In this document: in pieces, positions 1 to 13,372 of the stretch
Numbering within the stretch: position 1 is the first letter of the stretch
How the letters are laid out: every line of letters starts with the position of its first letter
DNA from: Patescibacteria group bacterium
Lineage (GTDB): Bacteria; Patescibacteriota; Microgenomatia; Levybacterales; GWA1-39-11
Reading direction: 5' to 3'
NCBI GenBank assembly: GCA_035549295.1
Contig: DASZRG010000026.1
Coordinates: 1-62,174 of the forward strand
DNA: 62,174 nt
Notes under the pieces: model-generated
What the model saw: only the letters and a program-made list of their open reading frames with translations
Told to the model about the DNA's origin: nothing
Database searches by the model: none
Position numbers and translations under genes: made by a program

Positions 1-3000
1 ATACTGAGACGTTGCCAGTGTCTGCACTTCCAAGTGTTAGATTCTGTTTGTTAGTTGTTGCGATTGTTCCATCACCTGTGATGTATAGAGCATTGTTTGG
101 TGTTGATCCTGAGATAGATGCTGTTGGAGTACCACCTGATATGTTAAGAACAGCAAATCGAGCGGAGCTCGTTGAGGTCCCGCCAAGCAAAAAGTCTTGA
201 GTCTGATTATTCTCAGCAATAACCGAACCGATCGATTGAAAAGGACTATCTGTGCTTCCCACAGGGCATGCAGCTGATCCAGTAACTATACCGTTTGAAG
301 TAGTTACACAAGCAGCTGAACCAACTGTAACACCGGCCAATCCATTCACGCTTAGGTTATTTGAAGGACCGACAACAAAATTGACATTGCCAGTATCTCC
401 TCCACCTAGCGTCAAAGTCTGACGATTGGTAGTTTGAAGAAATCCTGTGCCTGTTAGAAATGTTGCATTATCGGCAGTTCCCGCTGCAATTGATGCGGTT
501 GGAGTACCGACATTCATGTTAAGAACTGCGAAACGAGCGGAGCTTGTTGAAGTACCACCCAATGCAAAATCAACAGTGCTGATCGTTGGAATGATAAGAC
601 CATTTTTTCTTTCCCATATTTGGGTGTTGGCAGTTGAAACGTCAATCCATGAAAGGTGGCCAGCCGCATCCGATGAAAGGACATATCCTGCAAGCGTTGC
701 GTCTGATCCAGGCCAATTGTAAGTAACCCCATTCAATTGAGTTGAACCAATACCGACAAGATTGCCCGATGCGTCAATTCTCTGGGTTCCAGCACCGACT
801 CCAGTATTGATTCCAGTAGTACCATTGAGCGTTGTACCAGTTATGGTATTGCTGGTTGTGATAGTTCCAAATCCCACTGATATCATTCCAGATACAAGAT
901 TCCCGACCGATGTAAGGACTGAATTAACAACTGATCCGCCAAGTGTATTACTTGATAAAACACTGGCTCCGTTGATTTTGTAGGCTCCGCTGTTGGTCAA
1001 ATCTATGTTACCCGATGCATCCACATTAAAAACGGTAACACCGCTTGAGGAAGCGGTGATGATATTTTGATCCGAACCCGTATAGGAAAATACGGAAAGC
1101 GCCTGACCTGGCGGTGCGCCTTCTACTTCAAACTGTCCAATTGGATTTGTCTGCCCTATACCAAGCGCACCTTTTGCATCTATCGTAAGTGCGACTGCAT
1201 TATACAAGTCACTGATTGACGAATCAGCAAGATTGAAGCTTCCTGTGAACTTTGCAATTCTGTTTGTGTCACCGCTTCCACCTATACCGGCGCCGGTCCC
1301 AGAACAGTTGCCTGAAGTATCACAGATGGTTCTTGATCCCCAGAAGAGATCGCCTGTTGGTGCACCACCGGCTGCTGATGTATTGAGAACATTGTTGTTA
1401 CTCGCTGCTCCGAGCCTTATACCACCTGAGACATCGAGCTTTTGTGAAGGTGTGCCTGTTCCAATACCAACATTGCCGCCGCTTAAAGCTGTGATAGCAG
1501 CGCTACCCGCTGGCGCAATAACTATATCTCCCGTCGACGCGTCTCCAAGCGTGAATGTATTGAGGTTAGTTGTACCGATAGTTGGAGTTGAACCAGAAAG
1601 AGTTATGTTGCCAGCGATTGTTGCCGTTGGAGTACCGGAGTTGACATTGATGAAGCCAAACTTTGCCGATGCTGTGGAATTGCCACCGATGAGGACGTCC
1701 TGAGTCAAGATCTTTGGATACAAAGTCCCATTCGCACTATTCCAGGGTCCAATTCCTGTTGGATCAATCCACGTTGGATTGGCACCTGATCCATTTGTTG
1801 AAAGAATAAAGCCTGCTGTTGATGGGGCAAGTGCCGCCATCGTGCCTATGCCGTTGAAATAAGGAACTGCTCCTTGGACAATTGCTGAGAAGTCCTGGCC
1901 TGTACCGCCATACTGAGTGGTTATTGTATTGCCATTCCATGAACCGGCAGTAACTGCACCGCCATTTATAACAACTGAATCAAGAGAGATACTACCGGCA
2001 CCACCCCTTGGACTTAGGAAGATATCACCCGTTGTCGATCCTCCTATGGTGAGCTTGTTGCTAGCTGGTGTCTGAACCGATCCATCGGCTGATAAATATA
2101 TTCCTTGTCCTGATCCATTTTGAGCAGAAAGACTTGCGATAGGTGTTCCACCTGAAACGTTTAATACTGCAAACTTTGCGGAAGCAGTGCTGTTGCCACC
2201 AAGTATCAAGTCAAGCGTTGTAACTCCTGTGTATATCGACCCGTTTGAAACAACCCACTGCTCTGACCCAAGCTGACAAACACCGGTTCCTGTAACGATA
2301 CCGCCCGAGACAGTTACACAAGAAGGTGTACCCTGAGTTATACCAGCCGAACCGGCTGAGAAAAACGTTGATCCATATACGTTATTGAATTGGTCAGAGA
2401 GTGATCCAAGATCGTAAGCCTGATCGGCGTCTGGTCCAATAGATCCTGCAACTGTTAGTTTAAAAGGAGTTGTCGCTGTACCGATACCAACAGTGTCACC
2501 TGAATTTACAAGATTTACAACGCTTCCAGACTCTTGCCATGGGCTAGTTGATGCAACGATATTTGACGAAATAGTCAATGACTTTGCGCCAGTGTCGGCC
2601 GAAAGACTAATACCGCTTCCTGCTATGAAATTTAAAGTATCATTATTTCCACTAGCTGTTATAGTATCAGATCCAGTCACAATATTCTTAAATGTATCGA
2701 CTGATGGAGCACTAACTGTACTCGAAATGGTTGTTCCAGATATTGATATACCGGATCCTGCAGTAAGTGCTATCGCACCTGTTTGACCGCCAATCGAAAG
2801 AACACCCGTGTTGGTAATAATAGGATTTTGTCCGCCGGTAACTGAAATCCCAGCCCCAGCCGTCACGCTGTATATGACGTTTGACGCAGTTAGTTTTCCG
2901 GTTCCCGCATTGATATCGGCATTTTCTGTATCTATACCGCCAACTGCTGAGGTTAACCCCTGGATTTTTACGTTCTTAAGAAAACTAGCGTCTTCTTTGA

Positions 3001-3586
3001 AGAATGTTGGAATATTGAATTTGATTGTGAACATTGGCTGTCCGTCTGTGGCAGCTAAAACGCTCTCCCCTTTTCCGGATACTGACTCAGCAAATGTCTG
3101 CTGGCCTTGTGCTGTTTTAGTTTTGTTGGAGTTATTTGAAGTTATTGAGCTTGATAAGAATGTCTGTGTTAGAACAACAATCATGAAAACTGCTGCTAGA
3201 GTTGCAACGGCCGATAAGAGTAGCATGCGGACTGCTCGGTCCATTTTGAACTTGCTAGTTCGTGCAACTTCAGCCCTAATCTCTGAGTCAGCTACCAAAG
3301 CTTCGGTTATATTGAACGGCGCCTGAGGTGTCTCAATGATCTCTTGAGACGAAGGGGAGGCAGAAGAAACAGGAGCAATCGACGCGACGGCAACTGCCTT
3401 CTTCTCTTTTTTCTTTTCTATAAGCTTATCCCAAAAACCCGAGATCTGTGTTGCTGTATATCTTCTGTGGTTTCCGTCTGTTCTTTGGGGGACCAATATG
3501 CCCCTTTCTTCCCAGCGTCTTAGAGTCTTTGTAGATACTTTTAACTTCTTCGCGGCCTCTTGAATGCTTAATAATTTCTCGTCCAT
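1..3586 (-). CDS. Giant single-pass membrane fibre/adhesin-like protein with N-terminal MerR/excisionase-type HTH; C-terminus lies beyond the left window edge
   Basis: Not in the supplied ORF track. Manual minus-strand translation from the ATG at 3586-3584 stays open to nt 2 (about 1195 codons). It reads MDEKLLSIQEAAKKLKVSTKTLRRWEERGILVPQRTDGNHRRY (HTH_17/MerR-like), then a hydrophobic helix AVRMLLLSAVATLAAVFMIVVLTQTF (about nt 3172-3241). After that come G/T/S-rich repeats with the recurring unit LLGG(N/T)STxSA(K/R)FxVLNxxxGTPTASI. The + strand track ORFs at 12-3326 all share one frame and are antisense shadows. Confidence 0.8.
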   Translation of the reverse strand, partial: MDEKLLSIQEAAKKLKVSTKTLRRWEERGILVPQRTDGNHRRYTATQISGFWDKLIEKKKEKKAVAVASIAPVSSASPSSQEIIETPQAPFNITEALVADSEIRAEVARTSKFKMDRAVRMLLLSAVATLAAVFMIVVLTQTFLSSSITSNNSNKTKTAQGQQTFAESVSGKGESVLAATDGQPMFTIKFNIPTFFKEDASFLKNVKIQGLTSAVGGIDTENADINAGTGKLTASNVIYSVTAGAGISVTGGQNPIITNTGVLSIGGQTGAIALTAGSGISISGTTISSTVSAPSVDTFKNIVTGSDTITASGNNDTLNFIAGSGISLSADTGAKSLTISSNIVASTSPWQESGSVVNLVNSGDTVGIGTATTPFKLTVAGSIGPDADQAYDLGSLSDQFNNVYGSTFFSAGSAGITQGTPSCVTVSGGIVTGTGVCQLGSEQWVVSNGSIYTGVTTLDLILGGNSTASAKFAVLNVSGGTPIASLSAQNGSGQGIYLSADGSVQTPASNKLTIGGSTTGDIFLSPRGGAGSISLDSVVINGGAVTAGSWNGNTITTQYGGTGQDFSAIVQGAVPYFNGIGTMAALAPSTAGFILSTNGSGANPTWIDPTGIGPWNSANGTLYPKILTQDVLIGGNSTASAKFGFINVNSGTPTATIAGNITLSGSTPTIGTTNLNTFTLGDASTGDIVIAPAGSAAITALSGGNVGIGTGTPSQKLDVSGGIRLGAASNNNVLNTSAAGGAPTGDLFWGSRTICDTSGNCSGTGAGIGGSGDTNRIAKFTGSFNLADSSISDLYNAVALTIDAKGALGIGQTNPIGQFEVEGAPPGQALSVFSYTGSDQNIITASSSGVTVFNVDASGNIDLTNSGAYKINGASVLSSNTLGGSVVNSVLTSVGNLVSGMISVGFGTITTSNTITGTTLNGTTGINTGVGAGTQRIDASGNLVGIGSTQLNGVTYNWPGSDATLAGYVLSSDAAGHLSWIDVSTANTQIWERKNGLIIPTISTVDFALGGTSTSSARFAVLNMNVGTPTASIAAGTADNATFLTGTGFLQTTNRQTLTLGGGDTGNVNFVVGPSNNLSVNGLAGVTVGSAACVTTSNGIVTGSAACPVGSTDSPFQSIGSVIAENNQTQDFLLGGTSTSSARFAVLNISGGTPTASISGSTPNNALYITGDGTIATTNKQNLTLGSADTGNVSV

Positions 3587-4729
3587 TATGGGCAGTCTTT
3601 TAAGCCTTTCGACTTAAAAATAAATTCTGTTGTGAAAATCATGGACATTCAAAGCTGATTGTCCAATTTTTTTCTGTACATCCATAGTACTCATATTTTT
3701 CATACCGTGTCAAGCACTTTTCATAATAAAAAAACGCGATTTTTGAGGCTAAATGTCTAGTATTTTACTTTTCACGATAAATTCTTACAGAAAATCCTCA
3801 GAAATCTATAACTTTTGATATACTCTTTTTCCTAGATTTTTCACGGGATAGTGGAAATGCTATGGGATTGTAGAAGGGTATCAAAACATCAAGGGCCTGC
3901 CTTCCGGCAGGCAGGTATCAAAAGTATCAAGATTATCAGAAGTATCAGAAGCATCAGAGTTTCAGATAACAAGAAGTATCGGCTGGTCGGAGAATCAGGG
4001 GGTCTGATGGTCAGAGATTTCAGAGAATCAGAGAATCTAAGTGTTTCAGAGATCAGATAGTCGAAAAATCAGAAGAGCTAAATTAGTACTCGCGCTTCAC
4101 TCAGTGCAAGCAAAACAAGAGTTAACAAATAACCACCTAGACACCTGTGCTAGACAGAGCTATAAACCGTAGTCCGTAGTCGGTAAGCAGTAAGCATGGA
4201 TATTTGACGGTAGATTGCATACCTCACAGCAGATACCCAACTCCCCGCAATTACCACTATCTTTGCGGTTAATTTGCTATCACTCAAGACATCTCGAAGA
4301 CTTTGACCCACAAGTTATCCGCCGTTAAATACTTCACTGTTGAACTCTTTTACTGATAGACTGCTTAACCGCATAACTATTCTACAAAACCGCACTCTAT
4401 ACTCTATACTATAAGTTCTACTATAACTTGTCCTTTCACAACACTGTATCTTGTAGTATATCCTCCAGGATACCCACAATTATGTTATAGTTTTATTACA
4501 TACTTTAACGTTAATATCGGGACAAATAGCTTCATATGTCTAATTTTTACGCCATTATTTTCTCCACTTTTTGGGTCTTTTTAGTGATCAAAAAAACCTT
4601 TTTATCGAACTAAATTATTTATCACTCTAGATCGTGAAACGATAACTTTTTATTACTTTAGGACTATTTTGAATATTTGAATAATGAATAATGAAGAAAG
4701 AATAATGAACAAAGAGATACTAGAGACTA

Positions 4730-4765
4730 CCCGCCTGCAACGCTATGCGTAGCATTGCGAGCAGG
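4730..4765. repeat. Small palindromic element P1, copy 1
   Basis: CCCGCCTGCAACGCTATGCGTAGCATTGCGAGCAGG, flanked by AGATACTAG at 4715-4723 and 4771-4779. Confidence 0.8.
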
Positions 4766-4926
4766 ACATTAGATACTAGGAATTACTTTTAGTGATTAGG
4801 ATTAAAAGAATTAGTGATTAGTATTTCTAGTGCATAGAACCTAGTACTTAGTGCTCAGTTAAAATACAAAAAAATGAACTATATTCTATTTCCTATGTAC
4901 TTGAGATTTGTTCGTGATACTTTTGA

Positions 4927-5748
<822 letters not shown>

Positions 5749-5766
5749 TTGTGCGATGATTAGATT

Positions 5767-6501
5767 ATGGTAGAACTGTCCTATACCACCTACATTACAT
5801 TATTTATAGGGATTGTCATTCTGTGTGGTCTTCTCGTTTACGTGACAATTTCGTATTTCATCTCTATGAAAAGTCTTCGCGAGACAAATAAAAGACGCGA
5901 AGAACTACTGTCTCGCGCTCAAAATGACTATCAAGAGATAATTTCTGCTGCTCAAAAAAAAGCTGATGGGATAATAATGCAAGCGACAAAAATAAACCAG
6001 GAGACAGAAAGCAACCTTAATCAAGCGGTCATAAATATCTCGGAGAAGGAAGAAGAAGCAATCAGAACCAAGTCAGAACAGGTCATCAACAACTTTGAAA
6101 ACAAGCTCAGAGAGCTGAATGATAACAATATCAATCTATTCAAAACAACATCAGATGATTTCGGTAAGTTTGTAAATAATCACTTTGATGAAGTCAAAAA
6201 AATCCTCCAAGATCAGACCATGGAATCAAAAAAATTAGCCGAGGAAAAAATTCAAGGTGAATACGATGCACTCGAGAAAGAGCTCGCAGGATACAAGGAG
6301 GCGCAGATTAAAAAGATCGACGAAAACGTATATCAAATACTTTTTAATATCTCAAAGATCGCATTTGGACGCGGACTCAATCTCGAAAACCATGAGGCTC
6401 TTGTAAACGAAGCACTTGAAGAGGCAAAAAAACTATCAAACAGTAGCCCAGTCGCAATGGCCGCCGCAGCTGAAAGAGAAGGAGCAAGTAATGCAAACTG
6501 A
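5767..6501 (+). CDS. atpF: F-type ATP synthase subunit b (long form)
   Basis: One N-terminal TM helix (ITLFIGIVILCGLLVYVTISYFI) followed by a long charged coiled coil. Located between the c-like gene and delta. Confidence 0.7.
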   Translation: MVELSYTTYITLFIGIVILCGLLVYVTISYFISMKSLRETNKRREELLSRAQNDYQEIISAAQKKADGIIMQATKINQETESNLNQAVINISEKEEEAIRTKSEQVINNFENKLRELNDNNINLFKTTSDDFGKFVNNHFDEVKKILQDQTMESKKLAEEKIQGEYDALEKELAGYKEAQIKKIDENVYQILFNISKIAFGRGLNLENHEALVNEALEEAKKLSNSSPVAMAAAAEREGASNAN

Positions 6502-6985
6502 TAAAGCAAAAGGAACAATACTCGACTATCTTATAACCGAGGAGGACAGGCGCGATATACTCTCTCTACTTTCTGACGTTGAGGAAAATCTGTTCAAGAC
6601 AGATGACTCGCTAAAAAATGTAATTGGCAGCAATGCGCGCTTTGGCAGAATATTAACAGAATTTCTCCCACCTGATTGGCAGAGTCCCGAGAGCAGCGAG
6701 ACTATTGGAAGCATGATTATGGGAATCAAAAATGAAATCGTGGCTATTCCAACTGTCAACGTTGTACTCGCCATCATGGCAAATGAAAAAATTCTTAGCA
6801 TGCTTGAGTCATTTGCCCGAGATGAGCTTGGGAAAAAGGTACTATTTAAAATAGACGTAAACCCCGATATCATAGGAGGGGCAATCTTCATAATAGATGG
6901 GAATTATCTTGACTTTTCACTACTTCGAAAATTAAATGAAGCAGCAATTCAAAAGAGAGACCAAATAAATGCGCTGATTGGCTGA
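6491..6985 (+). CDS. atpH: F-type ATP synthase subunit delta (OSCP)
   Basis: The ATG at 6491 overlaps the atpF stop (ATGCAAACTGA). The C-terminal NPDIIGGAIFIIDGNYLDFSLLRKL matches the delta/OSCP C-terminal pattern. Track ORF 6416-6985 starts further upstream, inside atpF. Confidence 0.7.
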   Translation: MQTDKAKGTILDYLITEEDRRDILSLLSDVEENLFKTDDSLKNVIGSNARFGRILTEFLPPDWQSPESSETIGSMIMGIKNEIVAIPTVNVVLAIMANEKILSMLESFARDELGKKVLFKIDVNPDIIGGAIFIIDGNYLDFSLLRKLNEAAIQKRDQINALIG

Positions 6986-6996
6986 GTTAACCGCTT

Positions 6997-8505
6997 ATGG
7001 ATGATTTTCAGAAAAGCTTAAAAGAGATTGGTGAGGTTGGGTTTGTAAAAGAAGTAACGGGTGCGATAGCCTTTGTAACTGGCCTACCCCAAGTCAGACC
7101 TGACGAACTCGTAATATTTGAAAACGGAGAGATAGGCCAAGTATTCACCTTAAAACCTGATGCCGTTGAAGTCTTAACCTTCTCAAAGACTCCCATTCTA
7201 GTTGGTACAAAAGTTGCAAGATCAGGAAGGCAGTTTGAGGTACCTGTAGGAGAAGAGCTGTTATCAAACGTCATTGACCCTTTTGGCAATTCATTTGAGA
7301 ACCATAAACTATTCAAAAAGCCAGGACAAATGAGGCCGATTCATAGCGCACCACCTGGCATCAAATCGAGAAAGTCTATCAAAAGATATTTTGAGACAGG
7401 AGTATCGATCGTCGATCTCATGGTTCCTTTAGGGCGCGGACAGCGCGAACTCGTCATCGGCGACCGTAAGACTGGTAAGTCAAATTTCCTTTTGCAAACT
7501 ATGGTTTTTGCGGCAAAACAAGGCGATATATGCATCTATGCAGCTATTGGTAAAAACAAGATAGATATCAAAAGAACTGAGGAATATTTCATAAAAAACG
7601 GTGTTATCAATCGCGTCATAATCATTGCTTCATCGTCGCAAGACCAGCCAGAGATCATCCATCTTACACCCTACTCTGCGATGACAATCGCAGAGTATTT
7701 CAGAGACCAAGGACACGATGTGCTCTTGGTGCTTGATGATTTATCAACGCATGCCAAATTCTATCGCGAGATATCACTCATCGGACGACGGTTCCCTGGC
7801 CGAGACTCGTATCCGGGAGATATGTTCTATATGCATGCAAGGCTCCTTGAAAGGGCCGGAAACTTTGCAACTGAAAAAGGTGATGTTTCCATAACCTGCC
7901 TTCCGGTCGTTGAGACTCTTCAGGGAGATCTGTCAGGCTTCATCCAAACCAACATCATGTCTATGACTGATGGCCATATTTACTTTGATAGCAACCTTTT
8001 CTCTCAAGGTAGACGACCATCTGTTAATCCGTTTTTGTCTGTTACTCGTGTCGGTCATCAAACACAAAGCGACTCAAAACGCAGTATTTCACGCGAGCTT
8101 TTGACCTTTTTAACGCTTTTTGACAAAATGCAGAACATAGTCCACTTTGGATCAGAATTATCTGAAAACGTCAAAATTGTTCTTGAGACGGGCGGTAAGA
8201 TCCTCGAGCTTTTTGATCAAGAGTCAGACAAAGTCATACCTGTTAATGTTCAATCCATTGCGCTAAGCCTTCTTTGGGGCGATGACTTTAAGAGTATGGA
8301 AATATCAAAGCTTACATACTACAAAGAAAAAATATCAGAACAATATCAAAGTGATTCTAACTACAAACAAATGGTTGATGAAATAGTAAATAAGTCTAAT
8401 TCCTTCAACGAGATGCTTTCAAAAGTGAGAGAGAATTCGGATAGATTTAACGTCAACTTACCAAAGCAGGAAGCACCAGTTATGCCGAATTTTCCGAAGA
8501 AGTAA
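6997..8505 (+). CDS. atpA: F-type ATP synthase subunit alpha
   Basis: P-loop GDRKTGKS; PGRDSYPGDMFYMHARLLERA; 502 aa. Confidence 0.95.
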   Translation: MDDFQKSLKEIGEVGFVKEVTGAIAFVTGLPQVRPDELVIFENGEIGQVFTLKPDAVEVLTFSKTPILVGTKVARSGRQFEVPVGEELLSNVIDPFGNSFENHKLFKKPGQMRPIHSAPPGIKSRKSIKRYFETGVSIVDLMVPLGRGQRELVIGDRKTGKSNFLLQTMVFAAKQGDICIYAAIGKNKIDIKRTEEYFIKNGVINRVIIIASSSQDQPEIIHLTPYSAMTIAEYFRDQGHDVLLVLDDLSTHAKFYREISLIGRRFPGRDSYPGDMFYMHARLLERAGNFATEKGDVSITCLPVVETLQGDLSGFIQTNIMSMTDGHIYFDSNLFSQGRRPSVNPFLSVTRVGHQTQSDSKRSISRELLTFLTLFDKMQNIVHFGSELSENVKIVLETGGKILELFDQESDKVIPVNVQSIALSLLWGDDFKSMEISKLTYYKEKISEQYQSDSNYKQMVDEIVNKSNSFNEMLSKVRENSDRFNVNLPKQEAPVMPNFPKK

Positions 8506-8582
8506 TCTGGCACTTGGCTTTTAGCTCTTAGCTTTTGGTTAAGAATTTGATATTTGAAATTTAACACTTGAATTAAACTAAC

Positions 8583-11001
<2,419 letters not shown>

Positions 11002-11013
11002 CCTCAAAAACGT

Positions 11014-11349
11014 ATGGATAACAAGATAAAAACACCACCCCAACCAGCAGTTGACCCCAAGTCAAAACAATTGATTCATGTAACAGTTCGTGACAAAAAT
11101 GGGATACTCGTAAATGATGACGTGAGGGCTGTTACGTCATACAATGACGTTGGGCTTTTTGATGTCCTACCATGGCATACCAACTTCATATCTCTTATCA
11201 GACAAAAGCTGGTGCTTCACAAAAAAGACGCGACAAATAAAGAGATGAAGGTAGGACTAGGACTACTCATGGTAACTGATAATGAAATTCACGTCTATTT
11301 GGGGCTTCCAGACGCCGCAGCCGCCGCGGCTTTATCGCAGAATAAATAA
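11014..11349 (+). CDS. atpC: F-type ATP synthase subunit epsilon
   Basis: 111 aa directly after atpD, with an N-terminal beta-sandwich-like sequence (VTVRDKNGILVNDDVRAVTSYNDVGLFDVLPWH). Confidence 0.8.
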   Translation: MDNKIKTPPQPAVDPKSKQLIHVTVRDKNGILVNDDVRAVTSYNDVGLFDVLPWHTNFISLIRQKLVLHKKDATNKEMKVGLGLLMVTDNEIHVYLGLPDAAAAAALSQNK

Positions 11350-11790
11350 TCAAGACTGATCTGCTTGCGTAGATGATTGTTCAAGGAAACTATCCAGCGC
11401 TGGAGAAAAGAAACTTATATCATCCATATCAACGACTTCCCTTCTTGCATCATCTGCAGAGATCTTATACCCATCAATCCTTGTCAACTCCATTACATTA
11501 GGAGCACCTTCAACATATAAATGCGCCACTGCTGAATCAGGTATTCCATCAGGAACGCTCAAGCTTACACCCATCTCAACAGTAGCACCGCTTCTCAAAA
11601 CAATAGGCTTAACATCTTGGCCTTCTTTGCCTTCAAATCTATGAAGAACCCGATCATACATATAACCTGCAGCGTTTCGTGCCCTCTCACGACCGGCTTC
11701 ACGAATACGCTTAATATTATTTCTTTCATTAACTGCAGCTGCATAAGTGCTTAGATCGGGGACTCTAGGCGTTTCGGTCGAGTTTGACAT
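11350..11790 (-). CDS. Hypothetical protein
   Basis: 146-aa ORF convergent with atpC, with zero spacer. TATATA lies 6 nt before the ATG. No family recognised. Confidence 0.55.
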   Translation of the reverse strand: MSNSTETPRVPDLSTYAAAVNERNNIKRIREAGRERARNAAGYMYDRVLHRFEGKEGQDVKPIVLRSGATVEMGVSLSVPDGIPDSAVAHLYVEGAPNVMELTRIDGYKISADDARREVVDMDDISFFSPALDSFLEQSSTQADQS

Positions 11791-11915
11791 AAATTCTATA
11801 TACTTTATTGGAATTTATTCTTACGGTCAACTGATGCAAAACGCATCAAAAGGTTAATTAATGTGTCAATATTCATTGAAAATACTCTGAGGTAATATTA
11901 TAATTTCAAATACGC

Positions 11916-12593
11916 ATGGAGAGAGAAGAATTAATACTCAAGATAACAGCTAACACTCCACAAATAGATAGCTTTTTGTCGGTTGTTTCAAGTATGGATG
12001 GCGTTGAAGTAATAAGTAGACAACCGGCTCCCAAAATTGAAGGCGTACCGATTCAAGCGGGTGCTGAACCCGTCGCAGTTGCGCCACTTACACCTGAGCA
12101 AGCTAGGTGGAAGGAGGAGCTTGAAAGCACTGAAGCGCGAGTAGAAAGAGTTCTTGATCTTGCGAGCCAAGGTCTTAATATAAAATCATTCATTCGTTTT
12201 AATCAGGCTTTAAACAAAACCAGCAAATTGTATGAAGATATTAAATTTGATGAGGAGTTCGTAATGAGGACTCTTGATTTGTTTAGGCGTACTATTCTTG
12301 CGTATGAGGTAAACCACCCCATAGACAATCCTCCCTACAGAAATCCAGATTCAAGAAGCTCAAGGGACTTTAGATATGCAAAAAGGCCAAATAGAACAAT
12401 TAATATAAGGTTGCTTCGTGCAATTTTTGACCATTATGGCTTTGAAAATGAAAAAGGAATAGGCCTATCTCGCAAGGAGATTAGCGAAAAAGAAGACTAC
12501 GATGCTTCAAACGATATAAGCTCAGGTCTAGTCGATATTAGGAATGATTTCTTCCCCACACCCTGGCTCCCCGTCAAAATCCAGCCATATTAA
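11916..12593 (+). CDS. Hypothetical protein
   Basis: 225-aa ORF with a TATAAT at 11899-11904 upstream. No family recognised. Confidence 0.55.
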   Translation: MEREELILKITANTPQIDSFLSVVSSMDGVEVISRQPAPKIEGVPIQAGAEPVAVAPLTPEQARWKEELESTEARVERVLDLASQGLNIKSFIRFNQALNKTSKLYEDIKFDEEFVMRTLDLFRRTILAYEVNHPIDNPPYRNPDSRSSRDFRYAKRPNRTINIRLLRAIFDHYGFENEKGIGLSRKEISEKEDYDASNDISSGLVDIRNDFFPTPWLPVKIQPY

Positions 12594-12763
12594 ACTAAAT
12601 CAATTGCCTATATCCATTAAGCTAGATCCTGTCCAATCAAGTTCACCTATCGATAAAAACATTATCTATATACGATTTATAGAAACCTAACATCTTTTAT
12701 AAGTAAAACCATAAGTTATTTCCCTCTTGTTATTACTGGTATACCGGTATATAAGTAATATAT

Positions 12764-13210
12764 ATGCCTAGGGTTTCTAAGAATAATCTTTTAGATAAGC
12801 AGCAGATTCAGAAATTGGAGAAAGAACTTTATTTACTACTCTCTTCATTTAAGCAAGAGGATCAGCTAGAAATATTCTTGCAAGATTTTCTGAGCGATGA
12901 AGAGCGAGTTATGCTCGCAAAGAGGCTCGCTCTCTACAAAGCAATTCAAGATGATCTAGAGTATAAGTACATATCAATGCTTTTGGGCCTTAGCTTTGAC
13001 ACGATCAGAATTCATAAAATAAAAAGCTTCATGAAGTCGGGGCTGTTTCATGATACCATCAAGAAAGCGCCGAAGGTAGAACTTAAGGAGAATAGAAAGA
13101 TCGTGGAGGGGGCAGTAAATGTCGCTGAATACATGCTCTCGGTGCCAGATAGCATAAAGAAGAGAAAACTAACTCCTACGAACTTCGACACTCGTCCTAA
13201 AAGTAAATAA
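12764..13210 (+). CDS. TrpR/YerC-YecD-like small DNA-binding protein
   Basis: FLQDFLSDEERVMLAKRLALYKAIQDDLEYKYISMLLGLSFDTIRI follows the Trp-repressor-related pattern (F..D.L...E...LA.RL....L....Y..I....G.S..TI.R). Confidence 0.55.
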   Translation: MPRVSKNNLLDKQQIQKLEKELYLLLSSFKQEDQLEIFLQDFLSDEERVMLAKRLALYKAIQDDLEYKYISMLLGLSFDTIRIHKIKSFMKSGLFHDTIKKAPKVELKENRKIVEGAVNVAEYMLSVPDSIKKRKLTPTNFDTRPKSK

Positions 13211-13219
13211 AAAATTGTG

Positions 13220-13291
13220 AGCCTTCTCAGGGATTCGAACCCAGGACCTGCTGTTTACAAAACAGCTGCTCTACCACTGAGCTAAGAAGGC
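13220..13291 (-). tRNA. tRNA-Thr (anticodon UGU), no encoded CCA
   Basis: Reverse complement: GCCTTCTTAGCTCAGTGGTAGAGCAGCTGTTTTGTAAACAGCAGGTCCTGGGTTCGAATCCCTGAGAAGGCT. It folds as a cloverleaf with anticodon stem GCTGT/ACAGC, loop TTTGTAA and T-loop TTCGAAT. There is one U-U mismatch in the T stem. Confidence 0.85.
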
Positions 13292-13295
13292 AAAG

Positions 13296-13372
13296 AGATA
13301 TTAAATATTATAGATTAGATATTATATTGAAGATATTTTTATAATATGTAATATGTTATCTACAATCTATAA
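13296..13372. repeat. AT-rich word element (TATTATAGATTAGATATTATAT ... TTTTTATAATATGTAATATG); near-copy at 31087-31165, shorter copies at 15661-15700 and 32829-32864
   Basis: Direct comparison of the four loci. In every case the element lies just upstream (in the minus-strand sense) of a minus-strand gene: both tRNA-Thr genes, the pyrF-like operon and the TagA-like gene. Confidence 0.8.

Noticed and set aside
12-3326. Six plus-strand track ORFs (12-200, 447-722, 762-983, 1233-1703, 2493-2786, 2808-3326) rich in P/V/A/L
   Set aside because: All six share one frame and lie antisense to a continuous minus-strand frame of about 1195 codons with coherent domain structure. They are shadow ORFs of the giant fibre gene.
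3851-4060. 69-aa ORF in the long spacer upstream of the ATPase operon
   Set aside because: It is translated entirely from word repeats (TATCAGAAG, GAATCAGAG), giving IRSIRSIR-type low complexity. No start context supports it.
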